Assembly: GCA_043743795.1 (NCBI GenBank)
Contig: JAYTVV010000020.1
Span: forward strand, 2,606-66,605
DNA: 64,000 nt
Source: Geobacteraceae bacterium
Lineage (GTDB): Bacteria; Desulfobacterota; Desulfuromonadia; Geobacterales; Pseudopelobacteraceae
Direction of reading: 5' to 3'
Part shown: in pieces, positions 35,271-46,375 of the stretch
How the letters are laid out: each line of letters starts with the position of its first letter
How positions within the stretch are numbered: the first letter of the stretch is position 1
Made by a program: the position numbers and the translations under genes
The notes under the pieces: generated by a model
What the model was told of the DNA's origin: nothing
Seen by the model: only the letters and a program-made list of their open reading frames with translations
Databases searched by the model: none

Positions 35271-35447
35271 ATGAACCAGGAACTCATAGAAGTACTCGAA
35301 AAGAAAATTGGCGATGTCGTTGAAAAGTATGTCGTCCTTAAAGAAGAAAACGCACGTCTGAATGAAGAAATTCAGCGGCTCTCGAACGACCGTGAAGGAA
35401 TCAAGTCCCGCGTTGATGCCATACTTGGCAGGCTGGACGGGATTTAA
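35271..35447 (+). CDS. zapB: ZapB-like coiled-coil cell-division protein (58 aa)
   Basis: ORF 35010..35447 trimmed to MNQELIEVLEKKI. Short coiled coil immediately upstream of zapA. Confidence 0.55.
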   Translation: MNQELIEVLEKKIGDVVEKYVVLKEENARLNEEIQRLSNDREGIKSRVDAILGRLDGI

Positions 35448-35467
35448 CACGTGACAATGGTCATTGT

Positions 35468-35740
35468 ATGAAAACAAGCCATGCAGTGACGGTACTTGGC
35501 CGTGAACTTTCAGTACGGAGCTCTGCTCCCGAATCAAAAGTACGAGCAGTTGAGTCTTTTGTAAACGGAAAGCTTCAAGAGATCGGCAGCGCTCTGAGAA
35601 GTGGTGATGCTCAACTTGTGCTGACACTGGCCCTGCTCAACACCTCCGAAGAGCTGCTTGAGTTGCGCTCCCGGCAAGAGCAGGTTGGTCCTGCCGAAAG
35701 CAGAATAAGCTCAATGATTGCAGTGTTGGAAACAGTCTGA
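35468..35740 (+). CDS. zapA: Cell division protein ZapA
   Basis: 90 aa. VTVLGRELSVRS...LVLTLALLNTSEELLELR pattern. Conserved zapA-ssrS-5FCL neighbourhood. Confidence 0.75.
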   Translation: MKTSHAVTVLGRELSVRSSAPESKVRAVESFVNGKLQEIGSALRSGDAQLVLTLALLNTSEELLELRSRQEQVGPAESRISSMIAVLETV

Positions 35741-35749
35741 TTTTATAAT

Positions 35750-35912
35750 GGTCTCTCAGGGAGACTTGATCATATATTCGTATCATTTGTACTCCGTATC
35801 GGGCTCGTCAGGCACCGCAGTGTATCCAACTTCGATTACCCGCCTGATTGAAACAAATAGAGCGCCCGTTGAATATATCCTTACTGAAAGGAAAACCGCT
35901 TCTGAGTAGCAT
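35750..35912 (+). ncRNA. ssrS: 6S RNA (ends approximate)
   Basis: Classic position between zapA and the 5-formyl-THF cyclo-ligase gene. TATAAT at 35744. Long-range pairings: atatattc 35772/gaatatat 35871, atttgt 35785/acaaat 35863, tcaggc 35808/gcctga 35842, ctcag 35755/ctgag 35902. Confidence 0.7.
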
Positions 35913-36030
35913 GACAGTAATCCGCACGTTTACCTGACGGCACTCAAGCCTTTTCCCTCTTCAGCCTCCCTGGTCGACCTTCCCGATATCACTTCGGGCA
36001 ACTCCACGTACGCCATAACGAAAGAATTGT

Positions 36031-36612
36031 ATGCCCAAGCGTTCGCTCCGTTCGCAATTACTGGCGCAGCGTCGTGCGCTCAGCCATGAGTCATGGTATG
36101 CATCCAGTTGCGCCGCTCAGCGGAACCTGCTTTCTCTTGATGAATATGTTCGGGCTGAATGTATCGCTCTCTATGCCCCGACGCACAATGAGACCGATAC
36201 AGGGTTGATTCTGGCAGATGCATTTCAGACGGGAAAACAGGTACTGTATCCGGCTGTTTGCGGCCATCACATGGTACTTCGACGCGTTGAACGCATCGAG
36301 GAATTACAGGAGGGAGCCTTTGGAATTCTGGAACCATGCCCGACCGGCATTGATCACCAGGCAGACGAGGCCGATCTGATTGTCGTTCCGGGAGTAGCTT
36401 TTGACCTGTCCGGCCACCGGATCGGGTACGGCAAAGGCTTTTATGACCGTTTTTTGCAGCACCCCGACTGTACGGCGCATCACATAGGACTGTGCCATGA
36501 TTTTCAGCTGACAGACGGGGCTATCCCGGCGGACGTCCATGATATTCCAATGGAGATTGTTGTTTCAGACACACGCATCGTTCGCATCCCGCGATTACAG
36601 ACAGTGAAGTAA
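36031..36612 (+). CDS. 5-formyltetrahydrofolate cyclo-ligase
   Basis: 193 aa. LYPAV...[20 protein letters not shown] motif. Confidence 0.85.
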   Translation: MPKRSLRSQLLAQRRALSHESWYASSCAAQRNLLSLDEYVRAECIALYAPTHNETDTGLILADAFQTGKQVLYPAVCGHHMVLRRVERIEELQEGAFGILEPCPTGIDHQADEADLIVVPGVAFDLSGHRIGYGKGFYDRFLQHPDCTAHHIGLCHDFQLTDGAIPADVHDIPMEIVVSDTRIVRIPRLQTVK

Positions 36613-36659
36613 CCGGCGTTCGCCACGCGACCCGGATTCATATACAGGAGGTTGATAGT

Positions 36660-38219
36660 ATGGAAGTAATTATGGTTGTCATTACGCTAGTAGTCGCCGC
36701 CGGAGCCTATTTTGCCGGCAACAAGCTCAACAAAAAGGACACTGGTTCTATCTTGAAACAGGCCGAAGAGCTTGCCAGCAAAGTGCTCGACGATGCCCGC
36801 CGCGAAGCGGATACCATCACCAAGGAGGCAGAGCTTAAAGCCAAAGATGCTGCTATTCAGGCCAAAGAAGAGCATGAACACAAGACCAACGAGAAGAACA
36901 AAGATCTTCAGGCACTTGAAAAAAGGCTGACACAGAAGGAAGAAAACCTCGATAAAAAAGCCGGCTTGATTGACCAAAAAGAGATGGATATTCTCAAAAA
37001 AGAGCAGACGGTTTCGCAAAAAGAGCAAACACTGGACCTGCGGGATGCTGAACTGAAAAAATCAGCAGATGTTCAGAACGCACGACTCGAGCAAATTTCC
37101 GGCATGTCGGCTGCTGAAGCCAAAAAAGAGTTGATGAGCGCAATGGAAACCGAGGCCAAGCATGATGCCGCCAAGATCATCAGGGCAATTGAAGATGAAG
37201 CCCGTGAAACCGGAGACAAAAAAGCCAAGGAGATCATGGCACTTGCCATTCAGCGCTACGCCGGTGAGTACGTGGCAGAGCGTACCGTTTCTGTTGTGCC
37301 GTTGCCGTCAGACGAAATGAAAGGGCGTATTATCGGCCGTGAGGGGCGAAATATCCGCGCTCTCGAAGCGGCAACCGGCATCGACTTGATCATTGACGAT
37401 ACTCCCGAAGCGGTAATCCTGTCCGGCTTCAATCCGGTTCGCCGCGAAGTGGCACGGTTGTCACTGGAAAAACTCCTTGCTGACGGGCGTATCCACCCGG
37501 GCCGCATTGAAGAAGTTGTGGCAAAATCAACCGAAGAAGTTGAACTTTCTATTAAAGAGGCTGGCGAACAGGCTGCCTTTGACCTGGGAGTTCACGGTAT
37601 TCACCCGGAAGTTCTCAAATTAATCGGGCGCCTCAAATACCGTACTTCCTATACCCAGAACGTCTATCTCCACTCGCTGGAAGTAGCATTCCTCTGCGGC
37701 ATCATGGCTGCCGAACTGGGCTTGAACGTCAAGCAGGCCAAACGTGCCGGACTGCTGCATGACCTTGGCAAAGCGGTTGACCATGAAGTAGAAGGTTCAC
37801 ACGCAGTAATTGGAGCCGAGTTAGCCCGTAAATACGGTGAAACACCAAAGATTGTTCATGCCATCATGGCACATCACGAAGATGAAAAACCAAATTCCAT
37901 ACTGGCGATTCTCGTTCAGGCCGCTGACGCACTGTCCGGCGCACGCCCCGGTGCACGTCGCGAGATGATGGAAACCTACGTCAAGCGCCTGGGCGATCTG
38001 GAGCGCATTGCAACATCGTTCAGCGGTGTTCAGTCTTCCTTTGCAATTCAGGCCGGGCGCGAAATTCGCGTCATGGTTTCCAGCGAGCAGGTAACGGATG
38101 ATCAGTCGGTTGTTATGGCCCGCGAGATTGCAAAAAAGATTGAGGCTGAGATGACCTATCCAGGCCAGATTAAAGTTAATGTCATACGCGAAACAAGATC
38201 TGTCGAATATGCCCGTTAA
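36660..38219 (+). CDS. rny: Ribonuclease Y
   Basis: 519 aa. N-terminal TM, coiled coil, KH ([13 protein letters not shown]), HD domain ([11 protein letters not shown]). Confidence 0.95.
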   Translation: MEVIMVVITLVVAAGAYFAGNKLNKKDTGSILKQAEELASKVLDDARREADTITKEAELKAKDAAIQAKEEHEHKTNEKNKDLQALEKRLTQKEENLDKKAGLIDQKEMDILKKEQTVSQKEQTLDLRDAELKKSADVQNARLEQISGMSAAEAKKELMSAMETEAKHDAAKIIRAIEDEARETGDKKAKEIMALAIQRYAGEYVAERTVSVVPLPSDEMKGRIIGREGRNIRALEAATGIDLIIDDTPEAVILSGFNPVRREVARLSLEKLLADGRIHPGRIEEVVAKSTEEVELSIKEAGEQAAFDLGVHGIHPEVLKLIGRLKYRTSYTQNVYLHSLEVAFLCGIMAAELGLNVKQAKRAGLLHDLGKAVDHEVEGSHAVIGAELARKYGETPKIVHAIMAHHEDEKPNSILAILVQAADALSGARPGARREMMETYVKRLGDLERIATSFSGVQSSFAIQAGREIRVMVSSEQVTDDQSVVMAREIAKKIEAEMTYPGQIKVNVIRETRSVEYAR

Positions 38220-38994
38220 AATATTATTTGTAGGCGATATAATCGGTAAACCGGGTCGTCAGGCGTTGTCGCGGGAGCTGCATCGTCTGGTGGACCGGCA
38301 TACGATCGATATGATTATTGCAAATGGCGAAAATGCAGCCGGTGGTTTCGGACTGACTGTCGAAGTTGCAAAAGAGCTGTTCAATCACGGCATTCACCTC
38401 CTGACGGGCGGCAACCACATCTGGGACAAGAAAGAACAGGTACCGCTGATCTTTACCGACAAGCGGATTCTTCGTCCAGCCAACTACCCTGCCGGTGCTC
38501 CTGGATTCGGGAGTACAATCATGACAACTCCGGGCGGGGTTAAGATTGGTGTTCTTAACCTTGAAGGTCGGGTTTTTATGAAAAGCCTTGAGTGCCCTTT
38601 TCTGGTTGCGGATCGTGAAATAAAACTTCTTAAACAGGAAACTCCCATAATTTTTGTCGATTTTCACGCCGAAGCCACCTCAGAAAAATCTGCGCTCGGG
38701 TGGTACCTTGACGGCCGGATCAGCGCTCTGATCGGCACTCATACCCACGTCCAGACCGCCGATGAACGCATTCTTCCGCAAGGAACCGCCTTTCTGACTG
38801 ATGCCGGCATGACCGGCAGTTTTGATTCGGTAATCGGGATGGGAAAAGAAGAGACCATTCATCGTTTTCTGACACAGATGCCGTCCAAATTTGAAGTGGC
38901 CAAAAAGGACATCCGCCTGAATGCCGTTGTGGTCGGTATCGATGAACAGAGCGGCAAAGCGGTAAGTATCGAACGCATAAACATCCCCTGTTGA
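38209..38994 (+). CDS. ymdB: YmdB-family metallophosphoesterase (2',3'-cyclic-nucleotide phosphodiesterase)
   Basis: ORF 38179..38994 trimmed to [26 protein letters not shown] motif. Conserved rny-ymdB pairing. Confidence 0.85.
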   Translation: MPVKILFVGDIIGKPGRQALSRELHRLVDRHTIDMIIANGENAAGGFGLTVEVAKELFNHGIHLLTGGNHIWDKKEQVPLIFTDKRILRPANYPAGAPGFGSTIMTTPGGVKIGVLNLEGRVFMKSLECPFLVADREIKLLKQETPIIFVDFHAEATSEKSALGWYLDGRISALIGTHTHVQTADERILPQGTAFLTDAGMTGSFDSVIGMGKEETIHRFLTQMPSKFEVAKKDIRLNAVVVGIDEQSGKAVSIERINIPC

Positions 38995-39017
38995 ACAATC
39001 TTCAAGGAGTTGTGTAT

Positions 39018-40229
39018 ATGTCTGTATCTGAACAGATGGCCGTTATCAAGCGCAGTACCGTTGAAGTACTCATCGAGAAGGAGCTGGAAGAGAAGCTGGC
39101 AAAGTCTGCTTCGACCGGCATTCCATTGGTGATAAAGGCAGGCTTTGACCCGACTGCGCCTGACCTGCATCTGGGGCATACGGTACTGATCCAGAAATTG
39201 CGCCAGTTTCAGCAATTGGGCCACGAAGTCAATTTTCTGATCGGTGACTTTACCGGCATGATCGGCGACCCGACCGGCAAATCCGAGACCCGCAAGGTAC
39301 TGACCCGCGAAGATGTGCTCAGAAACGCCGAAACCTACAAGGAACAGGTCTTCAAAATTCTTGATCCGGAAAAGACCAAGGTGGTGTTCAACTCTACCTG
39401 GCTGAACGATTTGGGTTCAAGCGGCATGATAGCCCTCGCCTCTAAGTGTACCATGGCCCGCATGCTGGAACGGGACGACTTTTCCAAGCGCTTCAGCAAT
39501 CAACAACCGATTGCAATTCATGAGTTTCTTTATCCCCTTATTCAGGGATATGATTCTGTTGCCATGAAAGCCGATGTGGAGCTGGGCGGCACCGATCAGA
39601 AGTTCAATCTGCTGATGGGGCGCGAACTCCAGCGGGAATGGGGACAGGCACCTCAGTGCGTTCTGACCATGCCGCTTCTGGAAGGCCTGGACGGCGTCAA
39701 CAAGATGTCCAAGTCGCTTGGCAACTATATCGGTATCAATGAGCCGGCCGACGAAATATTCGGCAAAATCATGTCGATCTCGGATGACCTGATGCTCCGC
39801 TATTATGAACTTCTTTCCGACATGACTCTTGCTGAAATCGAGGTATTGAAGCGAAATCTCAAGGAGCATTCACTCCATCCGATGGCAGCAAAAAAACAGT
39901 TGGGGCGCGAGATTGTATCCCGATTCCACGGTGCCGGTGCCGGAGATACTGCCGAGGAAAACTTCGTCAAACGCTTCAAAGACAACGAAATTCCGGAAGA
40001 CATGCCGCAGGTCAGTTTTGCCATGACTGACGGTGTGGTTCTGCTGGCCAGGGCCATGACCGAAGCCGGCCTGACAAAGTCCAACGGCGAAGGGCGACGC
40101 GCGATCGATCAGGGAGGGGTCAAGTTGAACGGTGAGAAGGTCAGCGACACCAATCTGGAACTGACTGTCAGTGGTGAGTATATTGTCCAGATCGGCAAGC
40201 GCCGCTTTGCGAGGATTGTGGTAGTGTAA
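39018..40229 (+). CDS. tyrS: Tyrosine--tRNA ligase
   Basis: ORF trimmed to MSVSEQM (AAGGAG RBS). HLGH and KMSKS motifs. C-terminal S4-like domain. Confidence 0.95.
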   Translation: MSVSEQMAVIKRSTVEVLIEKELEEKLAKSASTGIPLVIKAGFDPTAPDLHLGHTVLIQKLRQFQQLGHEVNFLIGDFTGMIGDPTGKSETRKVLTREDVLRNAETYKEQVFKILDPEKTKVVFNSTWLNDLGSSGMIALASKCTMARMLERDDFSKRFSNQQPIAIHEFLYPLIQGYDSVAMKADVELGGTDQKFNLLMGRELQREWGQAPQCVLTMPLLEGLDGVNKMSKSLGNYIGINEPADEIFGKIMSISDDLMLRYYELLSDMTLAEIEVLKRNLKEHSLHPMAAKKQLGREIVSRFHGAGAGDTAEENFVKRFKDNEIPEDMPQVSFAMTDGVVLLARAMTEAGLTKSNGEGRRAIDQGGVKLNGEKVSDTNLELTVSGEYIVQIGKRRFARIVVV

Positions 40230-40253
40230 CCACAACTGATAATTCTGAGAAGA

Positions 40254-40289
40254 AAGGGGGACGGGCTTTGGTGCCTGTCCCTCTTTTTG
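40254..40289. terminator. Terminator between convergent tyrS and rnj
   Basis: gggacgggc-tttggt-gcctgtccc followed by tcttttt. Confidence 0.55.
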
Positions 40290-40323
40290 TGTGTCGCTCT
40301 TTGTGTGGGGCTGTTGACTTCTG

Positions 40324-41997
40324 TTACATCTCCATAATCACCGGCAAAATTACCGGTCGCCGCTCGATGGTCTTCTTGCAGAAGCGGCGCAACGCCTGCC
40401 GTACTACGGTCTTGACCTCGTCAGCATCACAGCGCATTTCGGTGTTTATTTCCTCCAGCGCAAACGCCACGACCTTACGGGCATCCTCGAGGTATTCCTG
40501 GCTTTCATCCTCAAACACAAAGCCGCGCGAGACGATATCGGGACCATAAATAACTGCACCGGTTGTCATGTTAAGTCCGATAATGACGACGATCATACCG
40601 TCTTCCGAGAGGTGTTTGCGGTCCCGTAACACCATCCTGCCTACGTCGCCGACCCCCTTGCCGTCTACAAACACTCTGCCGGACTCAATATGTTCGACAA
40701 TTGCGGCTGTATCGGCATAAAAGGAAACCACTTCGCCGTTGGTCGCCAAAATGCACCGTTCCTCCGGAATTCCAACCGTTTGAGCCAACTGGATGTGCTT
40801 GACCAGATGACGGTATTCGCCATGGATCGGGATGAAGAAACGCGGCCTGACGGTATTAAGCATCAGTTTCAGCTCTTCCTGACTGGCGTGCCCGGAGACA
40901 TGCACCTCTGAGACCCGTTCATGGAATACTTCGGCACCGCGGCGGTACAGGTGGTTGATCAGCTCCGAAATAGTGCGCTCATTGCCGGGGATGACACGTG
41001 AGGAGAGAATAACGGTATCGCCTTTTTCCAGCTTGATCTGTTTGTGGTCATCCATGGCAATGCGGGTCAGGGCGCTCATCGGCTCACCCTGACTGCCGGT
41101 GGATATAATACAGACCTGCTCGGGGGGGAGGTGCGGCAATTCCCGCAGATCCATCAGCTGTTCATCAGCAATGGTCAGATAACCGAGATCCCGGGCAATC
41201 TGAACGTTTTTCACCATTGATCTGCCATTCAGGAGGATTTTGCGACCGCAGCGGGTTGCGACATCGGCGACCTGCTGGACACGGTGGATGCTGCTGGAAA
41301 ACGCGGCGACGATAATACGGCCGGTGCATTTCGGAAAGATATCACCAAACGCTTCACCGACATATTTTTCAGAAAGAGTATACCCCTCGCGCTCTACGTT
41401 GGTTGAATCCGACAGCAGCGCAAGAACTCCCGCCTCACCGTAGCGCGACAGACTGGCCAGGTCAGTCAGCTGACCGTCAACCGGAGTGTGATCAATTTTA
41501 AAATCGCCGGTGTGGATAACCACACCCTCCGGGCAGGTTATCGCCAGAGCGCAGCCATCAACAATTGAATGGGCTACCCGCAGAAACTCCACCCGAAAAG
41601 CGCCGATGTGTACGGTTTCCCGAGGCAGAACGGTTATCAGTTCAACCGCGCCGTCCAGCTTATACTCTTCCAGCTTGGCAGTAACCAGGCCGAGCGTCAG
41701 AGCCGTGCCGTAGACCGGAACATTCAACTCCTGCAGAACAAAAGGGAGGGCACCGATATGATCCTCGTGACCGTGGGTCAGACAGATTGCACGGACATTT
41801 TCGGCGCGCTCACGAAGCCAGCCGATATCGGGAATTACGTAGTCGATCCCGAGCATGTCGGGGGAGGGAAACATCAGGCCGCAATCGACGATAACAATAT
41901 CGTCACCATACTGATAGGCCATCATGTTCATGCCGATTTCGCCCAGACCGCCGAGGGCGACGATCTGCAGTGCCGAGTTTGATTCTACTGCTTCCAT
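40324..41997 (-). CDS. rnj: Ribonuclease J
   Basis: 557 aa. Metallo-beta-lactamase HGHEDHIG and beta-CASP layout. Confidence 0.9.
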   Translation of the reverse strand: MEAVESNSALQIVALGGLGEIGMNMMAYQYGDDIVIVDCGLMFPSPDMLGIDYVIPDIGWLRERAENVRAICLTHGHEDHIGALPFVLQELNVPVYGTALTLGLVTAKLEEYKLDGAVELITVLPRETVHIGAFRVEFLRVAHSIVDGCALAITCPEGVVIHTGDFKIDHTPVDGQLTDLASLSRYGEAGVLALLSDSTNVEREGYTLSEKYVGEAFGDIFPKCTGRIIVAAFSSSIHRVQQVADVATRCGRKILLNGRSMVKNVQIARDLGYLTIADEQLMDLRELPHLPPEQVCIISTGSQGEPMSALTRIAMDDHKQIKLEKGDTVILSSRVIPGNERTISELINHLYRRGAEVFHERVSEVHVSGHASQEELKLMLNTVRPRFFIPIHGEYRHLVKHIQLAQTVGIPEERCILATNGEVVSFYADTAAIVEHIESGRVFVDGKGVGDVGRMVLRDRKHLSEDGMIVVIIGLNMTTGAVIYGPDIVSRGFVFEDESQEYLEDARKVVAFALEEINTEMRCDADEVKTVVRQALRRFCKKTIERRPVILPVIMEM

Positions 41998-42000
41998 AGG

Positions 42001-42402
42001 TTATCTTTCATGCTGCAGAGGTACCAGCGCGGCAATTTTTTTATCACATTTTTCAATCCAGGCAATGCCTGGTGTGGTCAGCCAATGATCGGCGTAGAAC
42101 GAACTCCGCAGAGCACGATATGCAATCAGGGCGCGGCTGACATCGCCCAGGCGTTCATTTGTTTCACCAATCTGCCATAATTTTGCAGCCGCCTGTTCAA
42201 TTGTCGGATGAGAGGGAATATACATATGAAGGGATGATTCGTAGCCGGCAACCGCACCGGCAAAGTCTCCCCTGCGAAGCGCCGCCTCACCCTGGTTGAA
42301 CTGACTGTTCATGCGCCACCATGTGCTTGCAAAAAACATCAGCAAGCTGATCAGGGTAATTACGATGCCGTTGGCTATGATGCTCTTCAATTGTTCGTTC
42401 AT
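42001..42402 (-). CDS. Membrane-anchored TPR-like hypothetical protein
   Basis: 133 aa. One N-terminal TM, then helical repeats. Confidence 0.5.
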   Translation of the reverse strand: MNEQLKSIIANGIVITLISLLMFFASTWWRMNSQFNQGEAALRRGDFAGAVAGYESSLHMYIPSHPTIEQAAAKLWQIGETNERLGDVSRALIAYRALRSSFYADHWLTTPGIAWIEKCDKKIAALVPLQHER

Positions 42403-42424
42403 CTGGTCACCTTGCCCTTAGAAA

Positions 42425-42492
42425 AGGATAAGTGCGTTAATGAAGTTAACTTTCTGCAAAAAAACACAAAAAACAACTTCTAACTTACTAAA
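42425..42492 (-). repeat. 68-nt intercistronic repeat, copy 2 (hairpin degenerate)
   Basis: aggataagtgcgttaatgaagtt...aacttctaacttactaaa aligns with 1150-1217. Confidence 0.7.
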
Positions 42493-42670
42493 AAAACCCG
42501 GGGATACATGTCAAAAGGATACCCAGCGCAAAAGCAACCACTCCGCCAAGAACGGCCAGAGCTGCAGCGATGTCAAAAGGGCTTTTCAAACGATGTGCAG
42601 CCGGCAATCCCCACACCATGCCCGCCAGCCCCGCAATAATCAGGAGAATGTACTGATAGCCGATGTTCAT
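42488..42670 (-). CDS. Small two-TM membrane protein (60 aa)
   Basis: Hydrophobic ORF abutting the plsC stop. Confidence 0.45.
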   Translation of the reverse strand: MNIGYQYILLIIAGLAGMVWGLPAAHRLKSPFDIAAALAVLGGVVAFALGILLTCIPGFF

Positions 42671-43381
42671 TTAATGCTCCAGTGCAGATTCAATCTGGCT
42701 CCGTACGGCTTCCATCGTCCAGGTTTCCACCTCGCCTTTGCGGAGCCCGGAGGGGACAACAACCGGAGGATGCAGAGTTATGGTGATCGCACCGCTATAC
42801 AGCCTGATCTGGTTGGCCGGATTAACCCTGCCGCTGCCGTTAATAGTGACCGGGACCACGGGTACATCTGCTTTGCGGGCAAGAACAAACCCCCCACGCT
42901 TAAATGGCAGCAGGTTACCATCAACTGTACGCGTCCCTTCGGGAAACAGAACAACGCTCTTGCCCTGACGAATGGAAGCTGCCGCCTCATCGATACTCTG
43001 CAACGCTTTGCGGCCATCGCCGCGATCAAGAGGTATGTAGCCGCCGCGCCGCATTGAGGGGCCGAACACCGGGATTTCGAAGAGTTCCTTCTTGGCAATC
43101 CAGTGGAACTGGCGCGGCATGGCAGCCAGCAGCGATAAAATGTCAAAATTACTCTGATGGTTGCTCATGAAGATAACCGGACCATCCGGGAGATATTCGC
43201 TTCCGGATACTGTCACCCTGACCCGATTCAGCGCGAGCATAAGCCGGGCCCAAAGGCGGGCATGCCACGCATAACCGCGGCCGCTTGAATCAACCAGCGT
43301 AGAGACAAAAGCGCTGACTGAGAAGAAAAATGTCAGAGGAATAAAAGCTGCAAGATAGAGGTATGCGCGAACCATCACCAT
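42671..43381 (-). CDS. plsC: 1-acyl-sn-glycerol-3-phosphate acyltransferase
   Basis: 236 aa. NHQSNFD and FPEGTRT motifs. Confidence 0.85.
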   Translation of the reverse strand: MVMVRAYLYLAAFIPLTFFFSVSAFVSTLVDSSGRGYAWHARLWARLMLALNRVRVTVSGSEYLPDGPVIFMSNHQSNFDILSLLAAMPRQFHWIAKKELFEIPVFGPSMRRGGYIPLDRGDGRKALQSIDEAAASIRQGKSVVLFPEGTRTVDGNLLPFKRGGFVLARKADVPVVPVTINGSGRVNPANQIRLYSGAITITLHPPVVVPSGLRKGEVETWTMEAVRSQIESALEH

Positions 43382-43464
43382 CTCCCAATAAAAACTTATG
43401 TAAATTACAGTGATATCAAGGACGAGTCAAACGAATTCTGGGAGAAGCAGGGGAAGGGGTGCAC

Positions 43465-43785
43465 CTAATCAAGGGTTGTGCGCATGCGTTTTTTTTCGGA
43501 GGTGATTCGTTTGTCGGTAAGGCGAACTTCTTTGGTCCGTTTTGGTACGTGCGTGGAAATACGCTTCTTCACCTTACGTTCACGGCGTTCCAATGCAGCA
43601 CGCAAACGTTCCATCGCTACTTCGCGATTTTGAAACTGGCTGCGATTTTCCGAAGCCTGGGCAACTATCCCGGTCGGCAGGTGGCGAATCCGCACGGCCG
43701 AGTCGGTCGTATTACGATGCTGCCCTCCCGGACCGGAGCCGCGATAGAATTCAATTTTGATGTCTGTTTCTTTTATTTCAATCAC
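43465..43785 (-). CDS. Class-I release-factor-domain protein (ArfB-like peptidyl-tRNA hydrolase)
   Basis: 106 aa. [11 protein letters not shown] motif and a basic C-terminal tail. Confidence 0.7.
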   Translation of the reverse strand: MIEIKETDIKIEFYRGSGPGGQHRNTTDSAVRIRHLPTGIVAQASENRSQFQNREVAMERLRAALERRERKVKKRISTHVPKRTKEVRLTDKRITSEKKRMRTTLD

Positions 43786-43806
43786 AGTTCCAACCTTTTC
43801 CGGTTC

Positions 43807-43977
43807 TCAGAAACTATCCCGGAACTTGACCAGCAGGTATAAACAACCAATGCCGCCTGCCGCCATCAGCAGGTCACGCCCCCATGGAATCGGCATTTCG
43901 AGCATGGAATATACTACCGGATCGAGCAGGGCTGTCGTCAGCAGACCAACACCTCCCCAGCTGAGCAGTTTTTTCAT
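43807..43977 (-). CDS. Small membrane protein (56 aa, below ORF-track cutoff)
   Basis: My own translation: MKKLLSWGGVGLLTTALLDPVVYSMLEMPIPWGRDLLMAAGGIGCLYLLVKFRDSF. Its ATG overlaps the stop of the upstream methyltransferase gene (ATGA). Confidence 0.4.
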   Translation of the reverse strand: MKKLLSWGGVGLLTTALLDPVVYSMLEMPIPWGRDLLMAAGGIGCLYLLVKFRDSF

Positions 43978-45221
43978 TGCGCACGCCTTTCTGCCGCACT
44001 GCCCGACTTCACGCAGACCGCATATTTGAGATAGCGCCCTTCCGGAAAGGTGACCGGATAAGGAAAATCTTCCGGCTGCCCAAGCAGTGAGATCACCCGC
44101 AGATCACAACCGGCCTGGAGTGCTCCCCGGCGCAGTTCTTTGAGGTATTCGGCAACATCCACCTTCTGGTGGTTGGATGATGCCACGAGCAGTCCATTGT
44201 CGCTTAGCAGCGGCAGGGCAGCGGCAACCAGATCGGAGGTACCGCCCCGAGTCGTAAAACGACTCTTGGCCGTGGTGGAAAACGATGGCGGGTCCATCAG
44301 AATGATATCAAACTTTTTTCCGTTTTGAGCCATTTTAGTCAACGCCGCGAGACAGTCGCCAACAATGAACTCGTGCTGACGCGGGTTGAGGCGGTTGGCA
44401 GCAAAGTTGTCTTTCGCCCAATCAGTATAACCTGCGGAAGCATCAACACTGGTAACCTGTGAAGCGCCGGATGCGGCAGCGGCAACCGAAAAGGCACCGG
44501 TATAGGCAAACAGATTGAGCACCCGCTTCCCGGCGGCCCGCCCCATCAGATCGCGGCGATTGCGACGCTGGTCAAGAAACAGGCCGGTATTCAACCCCTG
44601 CTCCAGACTCACCAGAAAGGTGAGACCATTTTCCCGGACTTCCAAATGTCGCGGTGCACCCTTCCCCGCCAGAAGTCGCCCGTAACTTTTACTGTCACTG
44701 ACCGCTTCAAGCTCGCGAGTCTTCTGCGGGCGGCTTTTTTCGTAAATACCAAGCGGTGACAACAGCTCCTGCAGAACCTGTGTCACCAGCTTCAGGTGCG
44801 GCCGCCAGGCAGGACTGTATACCTGCAGCATCAGGTAATCAGCGTAACGGTCAATCGTCAACCCCGGCAACCCATCCCCCTCGGCATTCACCAGTCGATA
44901 GGCGTTTGAGTCGGTCAGGTCGGCATGGTGGCTGCGCAGCTCTATGGCGCTCCGCACCTGCTTTATCAACCAGGAGCGATCAGGCTGAATCCGTTTCCGA
45001 TCCAGAACCCGGGCAACGATCCGCTCCTCCGGATCAAGCAGAGCCGTAGCAAGAAAGCGACCCTGGCTATCGCACAGCTCCACCGTCTGCCCGGAGCTGC
45101 CGGCCGGCCACTTTCGAGTATAGGCATCGGCAACAACCCACGGGTGCCCCAGCTCCACCATCCTGACTGTTTCAGGACCAACTATTCGTGCCCCATCCTT
45201 CGTTTTCACAAGATTCTCCAT
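43974..45221 (-). CDS. Class I SAM-dependent rRNA methyltransferase (RlmI-like, PUA N-terminus)
   Basis: 415 aa. VLNLFAYTGAFSVAAA SAM-binding motif. DPPSF motif. Confidence 0.75.
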   Translation of the reverse strand: MENLVKTKDGARIVGPETVRMVELGHPWVVADAYTRKWPAGSSGQTVELCDSQGRFLATALLDPEERIVARVLDRKRIQPDRSWLIKQVRSAIELRSHHADLTDSNAYRLVNAEGDGLPGLTIDRYADYLMLQVYSPAWRPHLKLVTQVLQELLSPLGIYEKSRPQKTRELEAVSDSKSYGRLLAGKGAPRHLEVRENGLTFLVSLEQGLNTGLFLDQRRNRRDLMGRAAGKRVLNLFAYTGAFSVAAAASGASQVTSVDASAGYTDWAKDNFAANRLNPRQHEFIVGDCLAALTKMAQNGKKFDIILMDPPSFSTTAKSRFTTRGGTSDLVAAALPLLSDNGLLVASSNHQKVDVAEYLKELRRGALQAGCDLRVISLLGQPEDFPYPVTFPEGRYLKYAVCVKSGSAAERRAQ

Positions 45222-45224
45222 AGG

Positions 45225-45722
45225 TTATTTTGAAAACCGATCGCCGCAATCTTCCTGGCCGCCACGGATTTTCTCGACGGCGTGACCAAGCGTTGGCCAG
45301 ACCGCTTCAAGATTTTCCCGGGCACCTTTGGGGCTGCCGGGGAGATTGAGTATCAACGACTGATGACGAATGCCGGCAACGGCACGGGACAGGGAGGCCA
45401 TCGGAGTTTTTTCCAGACTCCTGATGCGCATTAATTCACCGAGGCCGGGGATCACCCGTTCCACAACCTGCAGCGTTGCTTCAGGAGTTATGTCACGCGG
45501 CGAGACACCGGTGCCGCCGGTGGTCAGGATCAGGTCGGCCATATCGGCATCAGCCCATTCCGTCAGCACCGCCACGATCTGCTCAAATTCATCAGCAATG
45601 ATGCGGGACTGAACAATCTGAACTCCCTGTTCCGCCAACCAGGCGGCCAATGCCGGGCCGCTTTCATCAACCCGCTCGCCACGTGCCCCCTTATCGCTCA
45701 ATGTTAAAATGGCTGCTCTCAT
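45225..45722 (-). CDS. mog: Molybdenum cofactor biosynthesis protein MogA/MoaB
   Basis: ORF trimmed to MRAAILTLSDKG (GGAGGGG RBS). TTGGTG motif. Confidence 0.8.
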   Translation of the reverse strand: MRAAILTLSDKGARGERVDESGPALAAWLAEQGVQIVQSRIIADEFEQIVAVLTEWADADMADLILTTGGTGVSPRDITPEATLQVVERVIPGLGELMRIRSLEKTPMASLSRAVAGIRHQSLILNLPGSPKGARENLEAVWPTLGHAVEKIRGGQEDCGDRFSK

Positions 45723-45763
45723 GCTGTCCCCTCCACATACTTCTATCGTAGACCCGGCCTCGC

Positions 45764-46375
45764 TCATTTCCGTACGAGTGATGCACCCCATTCCATCCGG
45801 AGTACCTGGGCAATGTCGCTGCTTACCGCAGCAAGAGCGCGGTTATATGCAGCGATAACAGCTTCATACCCTTCGCCACCGGTCGGCTCATGAATCCGTA
45901 CCCGCCCGGTTTTCTGCTCACCATCCGCCGTCCGACGGATAGTCCAGAGCGCATCGACCGATACGGCAGTCCCCTCCGATTCAAAGCGTTGAAAATCGAC
46001 ATAAACCCGATAGGCAGCGGCACTGCCGGCATTCTGCGGGTACGCTGACACCCGGTCTGACTCAAGCAGCCGTGACAGATTATCCGCCAACATCCGGGAG
46101 ACACTGCTTTTCAACGGCTCGGCCCAGCGATGAAGTTCCAGTATTTCTATCCGATTGGCGCTTAGACGCTCCACCAGTTGCGGGCGATCCACCAGTTCCG
46201 GCAAAGTCGGCGTTTCAACGGAAACCACGGGCAGCTCTTTGTGGGCAATGTGCCCTGCCTCCGGCCTTGCGGCGGACTCAAGAGAATAGTAGGCTACCCG
46301 GGGAGACCTGCTGCATCCGGTCATCATTATTACAATCAGACCGCACAGAACCGCGCTACGAATGGCCTGCCTCAT
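45764..46375 (-). CDS. pqiC: PqiC/YmbA-type transport auxiliary lipoprotein
   Basis: Lipobox MMTGCS. HRWAEPL motif. Follows pqiB. Confidence 0.75.
   Translation of the reverse strand: MRQAIRSAVLCGLIVIMMTGCSRSPRVAYYSLESAARPEAGHIAHKELPVVSVETPTLPELVDRPQLVERLSANRIEILELHRWAEPLKSSVSRMLADNLSRLLESDRVSAYPQNAGSAAAYRVYVDFQRFESEGTAVSVDALWTIRRTADGEQKTGRVRIHEPTGGEGYEAVIAAYNRALAAVSSDIAQVLRMEWGASLVRK

Noticed and set aside
38995-39017. T-box leader upstream of tyrS
   Set aside because: Only 23 nt separate ymdB and tyrS, so there is no room for a T-box. tyrS is evidently co-transcribed with the upstream genes.
42440-43057. 205-aa plus-strand ORF
   Set aside because: It is antisense to plsC (NHQSNFD, FPEGTRT) and the small membrane-protein gene, and it starts inside the 68-nt repeat.
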